From assembly GCA_951406725.2 (NCBI GenBank), contig OX597840.1, positions 4,526,001 through 4,590,000 of the forward strand: a stretch of 64,000 nt of DNA, given 5' to 3'. Below the pieces are notes generated by a model. That model searched no databases. It was not told the DNA's origin and was given only the letters and a program-made list of their open reading frames with translations. Of the stretch, positions 14,688 to 26,961 are shown piece by piece. The number at the start of each line of letters is the position of its first letter. Position 1 is the first letter of the stretch. A program made the translations under genes and the position numbers. The DNA is from Octopus vulgaris (taxonomy: Eukaryota).

Positions 14688-15080
14688 ACGCAGAAGTAGC
14701 TGTGTGGTAAGTAGCTTGTTAACCAACCACATGGTTCCGGGTTCAGTCCCACTGCGTGGCATCTTGGGCAAGTGTCTTCTGCTATAGCAGGCCGGGCCGA
14801 AATCCTTGTGAGTGGATTTGGTAGACGGAAACTGAAAAGAAGCCTGTCGTATATATGTATATATATATATATGTATGCGTGTGTGTATGTGTTTGTGTGT
14901 CTGTGCATTGTCCCTTTGACAACCGATGCTGGTGTGTTTACGTCCCCGTCACTTAGCGGTTCGGCAAAAGCGACCGATAGAATAAGTACTGGGCTTACAA
15001 AGAATAAGTCCCGGGGTCGATTTGCTTGACTAAAGGCGGTGCTCCAGCATGGCTCGCAGTCAAATGACTGAAACAAGAAG
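14688..15080 (+). mobile_element. tRNA/CORE-like SINE (family A), full length, with a central TA/TG microsatellite
   Basis: A/B-box-like head tggctgtgtggtaag..ggttcagtccc, CORE-like cttgggcaagtgtctt, tail ..gcagtcaaatgactgaaacaag. Confidence 0.85.
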
Positions 15081-15258
15081 AGTTATATAGTATGGTGCTA
15101 CACCAGATACAGTCTGACACTTGTATATATACATTCATTCGTACACATGTATACACAAACACATTTGGTATATACATACATAAAAATAATACACGCGTAT
15201 ATAGTCACACAATTATAAAATGGGGGAAAATAATATGCAGAAAATATATATAAAGCAA

Positions 15259-15642
15259 TGGAGTGGCTGTGTGGTAAGTAGCTTGTTTACCCCAACCACA
15301 TGGTTCCGGGTTCAGTCCCCACTGCGTGGCACCTTGGGCAACTGTCTTCTACTATAGCCTCAGGCCGACCAAAGCCTTGTGAGTGGATTTGGTAGACGGA
15401 AACTGAAAGAAGCCTGTCGTATGTATATATATATGCGTGTGATGTTTGTGTGTCTGTTTGTCCCCCTAGCATTGCTTGACAACCGATGCTGGTGTGTTTA
15501 CGTCCCCGTTACTTAGCAGTTCGGCAAAATAGACCGATAGAATAAGTGGGCTACAAAAAGAATAAGTCCCGGAGTCGAGTTGCTCGATTAAAGGCGGTGC
15601 TCCAGCATGGCCGCAGTCAAATGACTGAAAAAGTAAAAGAGT
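15259..15642 (+). mobile_element. SINE family A
   Basis: Near-identical to the other family A copies. Confidence 0.85.
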
Positions 15643-16009
15643 ATATGTGTGTTACTGTCTGTTTTTGTCCCCCACCACCACTTGTACATCCCCACTTAGT
15701 GCTTTCACTAAAGAAGTTGGTAGAATAATTTTAAAAAATGAGGATTGGGGTTCATTTGACTATGAGTTCCTCAGGGCTGTATCCCAGCAAGGTCACAGTT
15801 CAATGAGTTCCTCAGGGCTGTATCCCAGCAATGAGTTCCCAGGGCATCCCAGCAAGGTCACAGTTCAATGATTAAAACAAATGAAGGATAAAAGATAACA
15901 AATATTAGTTTTACTTTCATTTCTTTTTGTTTTTCCACCCCAAATCTGATGATCTTTGGAATTGTGAAGTGGCAATTGTCACAATTGTGTGCAGGGACAG
16001 AAGTTGAAA

Positions 16010-16822
16010 ATGAGTGAATGGTAATTCTAAACTTAGACACCCAACTGGCGGAGTTTCTTTCCTTCTTCCTTCCTTTGTTAAATTAATCGGTTGAGGTGGT
16101 CATATATGGAGTTCACTGGGCTCTGCTGGCTCTGGAAGACAAGCTGAGAAAGTGTGAATGGTAACGCTAAACTTAGACACCCAACTGGCGGAGTTTCTTT
16201 CCTTCTTCCTTCCTTTGTTAAATTAATCGGTTGAGGTGGTCATATATGGAGTTCACTGGGCTCTGCTGGCTCTGGAAGACAAGCTGAGAAAGTGTGAATG
16301 GTAACGCTAAACTTAGACACCCAACTGGCGGAGTTTCTTTCCTACTTCCTTCCTTTGTTAAATTAATCGGTTGAGGTGGTCATATATGGAGTTCACTGGG
16401 CTCTGCTGGCTCTGGAAGACAAGCTGAGAAAGTGTGAATGGTAACGCTAAACTTAGACACCCAACTGGCGGAGTTTCTTTCCTTCTTCCTTCCTTTGTTA
16501 AATTAATCGGTTGAGGTGGTCATATATGGAGTTCACTGGGCTCTGCTGGCTCTGGAAGACAAGCTGAGAAAGTGTGAATGGTAATGCTAAACTTAGACAC
16601 CCAACTGGCGGAGTTTCTTTCCTTCTTCCTTCCTTTGTTAAATTAATCGGTTGAGGTGGTCATATATGGAGTTCACTGGGCTCTGCTGGCTCTGGAAGAC
16701 AAGCTGAGAAAGTGTGAATGGTAATGCGAAATCTTAGACACCCAACTGGCGGAGTTTCTTTCCTACTTCCTTCCTTTGTTAAATTAATCGGTTGAGGTGG
16801 TCCTATGTGGAGTTCACTGAGT
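16010..16822. repeat. Tandem array, 140-bp unit, about 5.8 copies
   Basis: ccaactggcg at 16041, 16181, 16321, 16461, 16601 and 16742. Confidence 0.95.
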
Positions 16823-17051
16823 TCACTATGGAATTTACAATTAACTGCACCAGGGTTCCTCTTCCCCAGGGAACCAGACCTAATGGTATACCTGCAGATG
16901 TAGGTCCAGCCCCTGCTTTGCCGGGTCCTGTCTCTGATCATTGCACCTCCAAGGGCATTCATTGACGGTGAGTACCTCAATCTTAACAGAGACGGGTATC
17001 ACCTGATGGAGAAGAGTCAGCTCCCAACCAAACAACACCAAACAAACACCC

Positions 17052-17189
17052 ACTCTCCTACCCTGATGTTATCTCCAGGGATACAGGCATCCAACAACAG
17101 GACCTCCGTAATGCCATGATGGACCGTGAGGTCTGGCGTAGCATGGTAAATTCCATTGTCTCGACCACGGTTGAACAATGATGATGATG
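17052..17189 (+). mobile_element. Short LINE 3' end (family F)
   Basis: ctctcctaccctgatg..gaccacggttgaacaatgatgatgat. Confidence 0.8.
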
Positions 17190-18263
17190 GGTTCTGCTAG
17201 CTCTGGAAGACAGAAGCTGAGAAAGTGTGAATGGTAACACTAAACACTGGCCCCTATTTAAGTCTATCTTTCCTTCTGTTCTCTCTTTGATAAATTGGTT
17301 GAGGTGGTCATATATGGAGTTCACTGGGCTCTGCTGGCTCTGGAAGACAGAAGCTGAGAAAGTGTGAATGGTACCACTAAACACTGGCCCCTATTTAAGT
17401 CTATCTTTCCTTCTGTTCTCTCTTTAATAAATTGGTTGAGGTGGTCATATATGGAGTTCACTGGGCTCTGCTGGCTCTGGAAGACAGAAGCTGAGAAAGT
17501 GTGAATGGTAACACTAAACACTGGCCCCCTATTTAAGTCTTATCTTTCCTTCTGTTCTCTCTTTGATAAATTGGTTGAGGTGGTCATATATGGAGTTCAC
17601 TGGGTTCTGCTAGCTCTGGAAGACAGAAGCTGAGAAAGTGTGAATGGTAACACTAAACACTGGCCCCTATTTAAGTCTATCTTTCCTTCTGTTCTCTCTT
17701 TAATAAATTGGTTGAGGTGGTCATATATGGAGTTCACTGGGCTCTGCTAGCTCTGGAAGACAGAAGCTGAGAAAGTGTGAATGGTACCACTAAACACTGG
17801 CCCCTATTTAAGTCTATCTTTCCTTCTGTTCTCTCTTTGATAAATTGGTTGAGGTGGTCATATATGGAGTTCACTGGGTTCTGCTAGCTCTGGAAGACAG
17901 AAGCTGAGAAAGTGTGAATGGTAACACTAAACACTGGCCCCTATTTAAGTCTATCTTTCCTTCTGTTCTCTCTTTGATAAATTGGTTGAGGTGGTCATAT
18001 ATGGAGTTCACTGGGTTCTGCTAGCTCTGGAAGACAGAAGCTGAGAAAGTGTGAATGGTAACACTAAACACTGGCCCCTATTTAAGTCTATCTTTCCTTC
18101 TGTTCTCTCTTTGATAAATTGGTTGAGGTGGTCGTATATATGGAGTTCACTGGGCTCTGCTAGCTCTGGAAGACAGAAGCTGAGAAAGTGTGAATGGTAA
18201 CACTAAACACTGGCCCCTATTTAAGTCTATCTTTCCTTCTGTTCTCTCTTTAATAAATTGGTT
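17190..18263. repeat. Tandem array, 137-bp unit, about 7.8 copies
   Basis: ggagttcactggg recurs every 137-139 bp. Confidence 0.95.
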
Positions 18264-18514
18264 GTGGTGGTTAGATGTGGAGACCATTGGCCTTTGCCTA
18301 AGAACTGCCCCGTGTCACCACAGCATCCCCTTTGATCTCATCAAGGAGTTGAAGACCCTATGGCAAAGCAAACTGAGACAAAACTCAACGCAGAGTCTCT
18401 TAAGATCATCACCCATATACACTCATGTGCACACATATACAGGGACATAATTACTCTTAAACTACACTTAAACATACATCACTACACACGTCCTCTCTTA
18501 CTTTTTCACATACC

Positions 18515-19065
18515 CACTCTTTCTTTCATTCTCTCCCTCTTTCGCACTCTCCCTCTTTCGCACTCTCCCTCTTTCGCTCTCTCTCTCTCTTTCATCATTC
18601 TCCCTCTTTTGCTCTCTCTCTCTTTCATCATTCTCCTTCATTCGCTCTTTCCTTCGTTCACTCTCTCCCTCTTTCGCTCTCTCCTTCTTTCATCATTCTC
18701 CTTCTTTCACTCTCTCCCTCTTTCGCTCTCTCCCTCTTTCGGTCTCTCTCTCTTTCATCATTCTCTTTCTTTCACTCTCTCCCTCTTTTGCTCTCTCTCT
18801 TTCATCATTCTCCTTCATTTGCTCTTTCCTTCGTTTGCTCTCTCCCTCTTTCGCTCTCTCCCTATTTCGCTCTCTCCCTCTTTCATCATTCTCCCTCTTT
18901 CATCATTCTCCCTCTTTCACTCATTCTCTCCCTCTTTCGCTCACTCCCTCCCTCTTTTGCTCACTCCCTCCATCCCTCTTTCGCTCACTCTCCCCCTCTT
19001 TCGCTCACTCTGTTTTTCATTTTCCCCGTCCTCCTCTCCCCTTCTACTCCACTTCCCTTCCTCTC
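18515..19065. repeat. CT-rich degenerate simple repeat
   Basis: ctctccctctttcg / catcattctcc units. Confidence 0.85.
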
Positions 19066-19560
19066 TGTGGAATTACAGGATTAATTCTTTGGTAGAACTA
19101 AGTTTTTGTCTTCCTCCAGAGACATACTAACCATTTTATTACCAAATTTCTGTTGAAATACACTCTTTCAATTAATTTTGGAAATCACAAAGAATTTAGT
19201 AAAACAACTTTATTCTTGTTAAGCTGGTGTTTAAAACATGGATTAACAAGGAATTTTGATGGAAGTTTTTTTTAATTTATATCACTTCAGGGAGGCCCAA
19301 AGTCACCAAGAAATTTCCAAACATAACTCCTTTATTTTTTAACTTTAATTCACAATACCGTAATATTTTATCGAGTAGATCATCATCATCGTCTTCATTA
19401 AACGTCTGCTTTCCATGCTAGCATGGGTTGGACGGTTTGACTGTGGGCTGGCGAGCCAGATGGCTGCACCAGGCTCCAGTCTTGATCTAGCAGAGTTTCT
19501 ACAGCTGGGTGCCCTTCCTAATGGCAACCACTCCGAGAGTGTAGTGGGTGCTTTTACATA

Positions 19561-19792
19561 CCTATTTCTTTACTACCCACAAGGGGCTAAACACAGAGGG
19601 GACAAACAAGGACAGACATAGGTAATAAGTCGATTACATCGACCCCAGTGCGTAACTGGTACTTAATTTATCGACCCCGAAAGGATGAAAGGCAAAGTCG
19701 ACCTCGGCGGAATTTGAACTCACAACATAACGCAGACGAAATACCGCTAAGCATTTCGCCCGGCGTGCTAACGTTTCTGCCAGCTCGCCGCC
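19561..19792 (-). mobile_element. SINE family B inserted into a family C remnant (19381-19890)
   Basis: Reverse complement of family B; cttttac is repeated on both sides. Confidence 0.8.
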
Positions 19793-20009
19793 TTTTACGT
19801 ACCACCGGTACGGGAGCCAGTCAGGCGGTACTGGCAACGACCTTGCTCGAATCTTTTACACATGCCAATGAACCCAGGTGCCAGTGTGAATGATTAATTA
19901 CATCCTTTAAGTGACATCCATTTCCAGCTTTGTATGAACTTGTCCTTTTTAAGGAATTCAGGTTCTAGTGCTTCTGATTGCTGTTTAAATCTTTTCCTTT
20001 AGCTGTTCT

Positions 20010-20374
20010 CTCTTTTACTTGTTTCAGTCATTTGACTGCGGCCATGCTGGAGCACTGCCTTTAGTCAAGCAAATCGACCCCGGGACTTATTCTTTGTAAG
20101 CCCAGTACTTATTCTATCGGTCTCTTTTGCTGAACCGCTAAGTGACAGGGACATAAACACACCAGCATTGGTTGTCAAGCAATGCTAGGGAGACAAACAC
20201 ACACACAAACACATATATATACATATATACGACAGGCTTCTTTCAGTTTCCGTCTACCAAATCCACTCACAAGGCATTGGTCAGCCCAGGGCTATAGCAG
20301 AAGACACTTGCCCAAGAACCCGGAACCATGTGGTTGGTTAGCAAGTTTCTTACTACACAGCCACTCCTGTGCCT
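20010..20374 (-). mobile_element. SINE family A
   Basis: Reverse complement of the family A consensus. Confidence 0.85.
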
Positions 20375-20692
20375 ATTGTTAAATCTGAGACCTATTGGCA
20401 TAAACCTATTCTTTGGGATAGCCCCATAGAAAGAAATCAGGGCTTATCAAGTCTGGGGAGTGAGGTGGCCAGTTTATGCTATAACTGTGAGAAATTCATC
20501 ATCATTTAGTGTTTGCTTTCCATACTGGCATGGGTTGTGTGGTTTGACTGGAACCGATAAGCCAGATAGCTGCACCAAGTTCCAGTCTGATTTGGCATTG
20601 TTTCTACAGCTGGATGGCCTTCCAAATGCCAACCACTCCTAGAGAGCTTTTTATGTGTTACTGGAATGGGTGCTTTTATATTCCTAGTGGCG

Positions 20693-21108
20693 CTTAAGAA
20701 ATCCATCCGAACGTCGCCGTAGCCAGCGCCGGGAGCCGGTGGCACGTAAGAGAACCATCCGAACGTGGCCGTAGCCAGCACCACATCGACTGGCCTCCGT
20801 GCCGGTGGCATGTAACAAACACCATCTGATCATGGCCGTTGCCAGCCTCGCCTGGCCTCCGTGCCGGTTGCACGTAAAAAGCACCATCCGAGCGTAGCCG
20901 TTCGCCAGCCTCGTCTGACACCTGTGTCGGTGGCACGTAAAAAGCACCCACTACACTCACGGACTGGTTGGTGTTAGGAAGGGTATCCAGCTGTAGAAAC
21001 ATTGCCAGATCTGACTGGCCTGGTGCAGCCTTCTGGCTTCCCAGACCCCAGTTGAACCGTCCAACCCATGCTAGCATGGAAAGCGGATGTTAAACGATGA
21101 TGATGATG
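20693..21108 (+). mobile_element. RTE LINE 3' end (family C), sense orientation
   Basis: Subrepeats ggtggcacgtaaaaagcaccatcc, then ttaggaagggtatccagc..aaac(gat)n. Confidence 0.8.
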
Positions 21109-21504
21109 TTACCATGACTGATTTCACTTGGCTTCCTGAGTCTTCCCAAGCACAACATATCGCCAAAGGTCTTGACCCCTTGTCATCACTTCCATGAGGC
21201 CCAACGTTTGAAAAATCATGCCTCACCACCTTGTCCCATGTCTTCTTGGGTCGACCTCTACCACAGGTTCCCTCCTTAGTTCAAGATTGACACTTCTGTA
21301 CACAACTGCCCTCATCCATATGTATCACACGGCCATACCAGTGCAGTCATCTCTCTTGAAAACCACATCTGATGCCTCAAAAATTTTCTTGATTGTGGCC
21401 CTTATCATATGAATAGTTGTTCCATCATGAAACTACATGTTAGGTTTATTTTGAATTGATGGCTGTACCAAATTTTCAATCGTAGACTGAAATTGATCTC
21501 GCAT

Positions 21505-22170
21505 CACATCATCATCATCATCATCATTGTTCGACTGTGGTCGAGACAATGGAATTTACCATGCTATGCCAGACTTCACGGTCCATCATGGCATTACGGA
21601 GGTCCTGTTGCTGGATGCCTGTATCCCTGGAGATTACATCAGGGTAGGAGAGTATGCGCCCTCTGGCATTGTGAGTAGATGGCTTCCAGAGGAGAAGAGT
21701 AGAAATTGCCTCGTTTTCAGCTCTACAACAATGTCCAGCAAACTGGACTCTTCTACCCTTCACAAGAGATGACACAGGTGGTAGTTTCCCATATATTTGC
21801 ATTTTGGTTGGATGACGCTTCCACGAGAGATTTTGAGCTCTCATAAGGAGGTGAGTGTAGGTTCCATCCAACCGCCTCTCAAGCTTCTTTGATAACGTCC
21901 AGGTTTCTGAGCCATATAGTAGAATTGGTTCGACTGTGGCTTTGAAGATTTCAAGTTTGAAATTTCTACTTAGATTTGATGACCAGATCTTATACATGTC
22001 ATTACAGGCTGATCAGGCCAAACCCTTTCTAGTTAGAAAATCTTTTCCAGATGATGATATGTATGACCCAAGATATTTGTAATCAGAAACCATATTTAAG
22101 GGCGCATTGTTGAGAGTATGGATGATGCAATCACTGTTGGGCAGGTACTTGTTTATATATTCAGTCTTGG
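21505..22170 (-). mobile_element. 5'-truncated LINE (family F, RTE/RTE-X-like), RT C-terminal region
   Basis: KLEIFKATVEPILLYGSETWTL..RRVQFAGHC; upstream KYLGS-like motif; (GAT)n tail. Confidence 0.85.
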
Positions 22171-22687
22171 CCTCGCATCACAGTACCATGGTTGCCAGCA
22201 TTGTCTTCAGAAAAGTAAGGTCCCATAGCCTGATGTTATCCCACATCATACTGTGAACGTAGTAGGGTGCAGTTCTTTTTGGATAATTGCCCTAGGATTT
22301 CCCAAACTCCAAATTCTGTGATTTTGTATTTTAACAAACCCATTCAACATTATCAGTTTGTGGATAAATTCAGGGTTTTCTCCTTCTAATTCTTGAACTT
22401 TGACTGCATATTGCAGTCTCTAGTTCTTAATCTTGTGGCTTCAGTTGCTGTACTATCTCTACATTGTATGGAAACAGTTAGATTCTGCTAAGAATTCCTT
22501 GGGGAGATGTCTGAAAGATGCCAACCTATCGAGACTGCCTTTGAGGTGATATACTCTGTACTTCAATACCGTTACTCACTCAACTACTCCTTTGTTCCTA
22601 ACTGGACATGGTCTGCCACTTTGTGGAATGGGGTGCATTCTCTATGCCTGAAAAGCAAATCCTAATAAAAGTCTGTTAATCCATTTC

Positions 22688-23086
22688 TTACTCTTTTACT
22701 TGTTTTAGTCATTTGACTGTGGCCATGCTGGAGCACCGCCTTTAGTCGAGCAAATCGACCCCGGGACTTATTCTTTGTAAGCCCAGTACTTATTCTATTG
22801 GTCTCTTTTGCCGAACCGCTAAGTGACGGGGACATAAACACACCAGCATCGGTTGTCAAGCAATGCTAGGGGGACAGACACACAAACACACACACACATA
22901 CATATATATATATACATATATACGACAGGCTTCTTTCAGTTTCCGTCTACCAAATCCACTCACAAGGCATTGGTCGGCCCGGGGCTATAGCAGAAGACAC
23001 TTGCCCAAGATGCCACGCAGTGGGACTGAACCCGGAACCATGTGGTTGGTTAGCAAGCTACTTACCACACAACCACTCCTGCGCCT
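22688..23086 (-). mobile_element. SINE family A
   Basis: Full-length reverse-complement copy. Confidence 0.85.
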
Positions 23087-23817
23087 ATACTATATATCTC
23101 TTTTGAAATACGCTGCATTTGTTTCAAGTAATTTTGAAAATAACCAAGAATTTAGTGAAGATCACATTGGTCGTTCCCAAACATGAAATTAAGATGAAAT
23201 TTGATGGAAAGTTTTAATTTCGATTGTAAAAATTTGCATCGTAGTACCAAGAGCAGTCTCAGGTTGGTTGGTATCAAAAGGGTTTACCTTTTGTTACCAT
23301 ATTTCTGTTGAAATACGCTTTGAAACTGTGAAGAATTTAGTTAAATAGCTTTGTCATTATTCAATTAGTGTTTGGAACTTAAATTAACCCTCTAGAACCT
23401 GCTCATACATCCAGCAACACAAGAAGTATTTTCAATGTAAATTTGATATTCAAATGGATACAAAAAAAACAAAATAAAGTTGATTCCCTTCAAAATCAAA
23501 GTCGGTCATAAAATATGGTATGGTCCAAATTTGGCACAACAGGCTGTTAAGGAACGCTCACTGAATGGTCAAAATTTGGCACATAGGTTCTTTGCATCTC
23601 AGTAACCTTTTCAAAGAGTACAATTTTCATCTAGCACTGTTAATTAAACAAAAAAACTGTTATTCAGTTCTATATTTAAGAGATGAGGAATTATGTACAT
23701 TATTTACATTCGACGGATATTTCAAGCAGTGACCTGAACAACAACAATAATAATAATAATGACATCGAAGAATACCTTAGGAATGAGAACCCAGGTTCGA
23801 AATTTCCCCAAGACACC

Positions 23818-23960
23818 TTAGTTAGTTAGTTAGTTAATTTTTTGGCTCAAAAAGCAAAAAGCAAGGCCATGTAGGGGGACATGGAGTTATGTACAGGGTG
23901 GTGTTCATGCAAAGAGTTCAGGCCATTTGTGGTCAAGGGAGACTTTGAACCGAGTGGTCG
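23818..23960 (-). mobile_element. CR1-type LINE 3' end inserted into a Penelope-like repeat (about 23660-24040)
   Basis: Reverse complement of 62135-62280, including the (TAAC)n tail. Confidence 0.8.
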
Positions 23961-24499
23961 GCTGGAAGGTATATCAGCCAAAACATTGTGTTAACAACAA
24001 AGATGAGGACAAATATATGTTGAATGTAAATAATGTAAAAACTGTTATTAACAAACTGTTTTTAACACAATGTCAGTCAAACTGAGTTGATTTGCTGAAT
24101 CTCACTTGAAAACATGGAACTGCATGGAGCAATTTCTCTTTTGTTCAAGCACAGCCACATGTTGCATTTGCAGCACTTCACTTGACTGCATGCTTGGCAG
24201 TAGTCTTTCTATTTGCAGCGCTGTCAATCAGGTGTGTACTCAGGTAAATGCCCACACTCGTCAAGGCGGACGTCAACCACTGGGGCTTTGCTATGTATGA
24301 CTTTTGCTGAGGGTGGTGTCACAGTGCATGATGAAGGGCGTCCGCGTCCGACTTTCTTGATGGACAGCAGCACTTTAGCAATCATCCTTGGAAAATGAGC
24401 TTCATTGGTTGTAAATGTCCGAGACTGATAAGATTAGTAGCATTCAGCCCTTTTCATACCAATCTACCTGAAACATAAACACACACACACATATATATA

Positions 24500-24720
24500 T
24501 ATTTCTTTACTGCCCAGAAGGGGCTAAACATAGAGGGGACAAACAAAGACAGACGAAGGGATTGAGTCGATTATATCGTCCCCAGTGCGAAACTGGTACT
24601 TTATTTATCGACCCCGAAAGGATGAAAGGCAAAGTTGACCTCAGCGGAATTTGAACTCAGAACGTAACGACAGACGAAATACTGCTAAGCATTTCGCTCG
24701 GCGCGCTAATGTGTCTGCCA
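24500..24720 (-). mobile_element. SINE family B
   Basis: Reverse complement of family B. Confidence 0.8.
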
Positions 24721-25350
24721 CGTGATAGGCTTCTTCCAGTTTCTGTCTACCAAATCCACTCATAAGGCTTTGGTTGACCCAATGATATAGTAGAAGACAT
24801 TTGCCCAACGTGTCACACAGCGGGACTGAACCCAGAGCCATGCCTGCGCCTAAATCAAAACTTCTACTATGAGTCCCCAATTTACTATTTTGCTTGTGTG
24901 AACCCCTCGAAATCTTATATGGACTCTCTGGGGTCATAATGGGTCCCAGTTGAGAACCACTGTGTGTGTATTTGTGTCTGTTTTTGTCCCCTCATCACCA
25001 CTCGCCAACTGGTGTTGGTGTGTTTACATCCCCGTAACTTAGTGGTTTGGGGAAAAAGAGACCAATAGAATAAGTACCAGGCTTTTTAAAGAAGTAAGTA
25101 TTGGGGTCATTTCATTTGACTAAAATCTCTTCAGAGCAGTGCTCCAACATGGCTACAGACAAATGACTGAAACAAGAAGAAATGAATATTAAACACACAC
25201 ACACACTGTTCAACTATTACTACCTAATATTCTAAACTAATGCATACCTAAAATCAATTTAAATAAACTATATCAAAAAAGCTACTTATTTTTATGATAT
25301 TTAAATAATATTCATATATTACACAAAACACAAAAAAAGAAATTAATATA

Positions 25351-25628
25351 TAGGCATAGGAGTGGCTGTGTGGTAAGTAGCTTGCTTACGAACCGCATGG
25401 TTCCGGGTTCAGTCCCACTGCATGGCACCTTGGGCAAGTGTCTTCTACTATAGCCTCGGGCCGACCAAAGCCTTGTGAGTGGATTTGCGTAACTGGTACT
25501 TAATTTATCGACCCCGAAAGGATGAAAGGCAAAGTCGACCTCGGCGGAATTTGAACTCACAACGTAACGCAGACGAAATACCGCTAAGCATTTCTCCTGG
25601 CGTGCTAACGTTTCTGCCAGCTCGCCAC
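25351..25628. mobile_element. Family A SINE head (+) joined to a family B SINE 5' half (-)
   Basis: Junction gtgagtggattt|gcgtaactggtac at about 25486. Confidence 0.75.
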
Positions 25629-25831
25629 CATCACAACATACCACTGTATATCACTATCACAGTGACCTCCAGCACTACTACTGCTACTACTACTACTACA
25701 AATAGTATTACTACCATCACCAGCTGCCACAGTTAATACCATCACCACCACTCCCTCTATCAACCACATCCAATGGCATTTCTAACTATTTGGAAGTTCT
25801 GTCTGACTGACTGACTTTCTCCTCTTCTCTC

Positions 25832-25871
<40 letters not shown>

Positions 25872-26316
25872 CTCTTTCTCTCTCTTCCTCTTCCTGTCAT
25901 TACCATCATTCTTTCCTTTCTCCTCTGTGTGTGTGTGTATGTATGTGTGTGTATCTTACCTTTTATTTTATTTGTCATTTGACCGAAGCTACATTAAGGC
26001 ACCACCTTGAATAACTTCAGTTGAATGAATCGACCCCTTTAAAGCCTGGCCCTTATTCTACTCATGTGTCTGTGTGGTAAGAAGCTTGCTTCTTGACCAT
26101 ATGGTTCAGGGTTCAGTTCCACTGTGTGGCACCTTGGGCAAGTGTCTTGTACTATATAGTCTCGGGCTGATCAAAGTCTTGTGAGTTGATTTGGTAGAGG
26201 GAAACTGAAAGAAGCTTGTGTGTGTGTGTGTATGTGTTTATGTGACCTCGTGTGTACCGTTGGCGATTTTTTTTTTTTCCTCTGTCTTCCCTTCTCTGGA
26301 TCTTTCCTTCTCTTAT

Positions 26317-26351
26317 GTTTCCGACGAAGAGCTCCGCTCGAAACGTTAAAC
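26317..26351 (+). ncRNA. Minimal type I hammerhead-ribozyme-like motif in a Penelope-like repeat
   Basis: gttt-CCGACGA-A-gagc(tcc)gctc-GAAA-cg-TT-aaac. Stem I is gttt/aaac, stem II is gagc/gctc, stem III is the palindrome ACGT. The core has C in place of U4. Confidence 0.5.
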
Positions 26352-26704
26352 CCTCCTTCTTTCCTGAACGTCCAATAATACTATATTTGTTCCACGTCGT
26401 CGCGTTGTGTTTTTTTGTGCTTTCTTGCTTGGATTAACTATATATATATAATAATAAATATTAGGGAATAAATCCAAATTTACAAGGAAAAATCAGATTT
26501 AAGATTGAATCCAATTTTATAGTAATATATTATATTATATCAAATTAGAGACAAAACCACTATTATGCAAATCAAACAAAGAAAGACTTAAGCCAATACA
26601 TAAAATAATTTATATAAATAAAAATTTAACATATGAATAACCACCTGGTTATTCATAGTGGTTTTGTCTCTAATTTGATATAATATATATATATATATAT
26701 ATAT

Positions 26705-26822
26705 ATCAACAATCAAGGAACGGCCATAATAGGCCATTCACCCACTAGAAATAACAGCCAAAGCTTTGGCTGTTATTTCTAGTGGGTGAATGGCCTATTA
26801 TGGCCGTTCCTTGATTGTTGAT
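26705..26822. repeat. Perfect 118-bp palindrome
   Basis: 59-bp arms centred on gccaaag|ctttggc. Confidence 0.95.
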
Positions 26823-26961
26823 GTTGAACTTAAAAATGGTCTATGACTATTTAATTTTTTTCCCACTAGGCCGCTGGTGGCAAAAGAATTCTACAAAATT
26901 TTTTTTTGCCACCCTATATTGATTAATTATATATATATATAGATGTATATATATACATACA

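Noticed and set aside
16010-18263. Repeat-spacer (CRISPR-like) reading of the 140/137-bp arrays
   Set aside because: The variable halves are identical within each array, so they are not unique spacers
18360-19130. 256-aa hydrophobic ORF
   Set aside because: Translation of a CT-rich simple repeat
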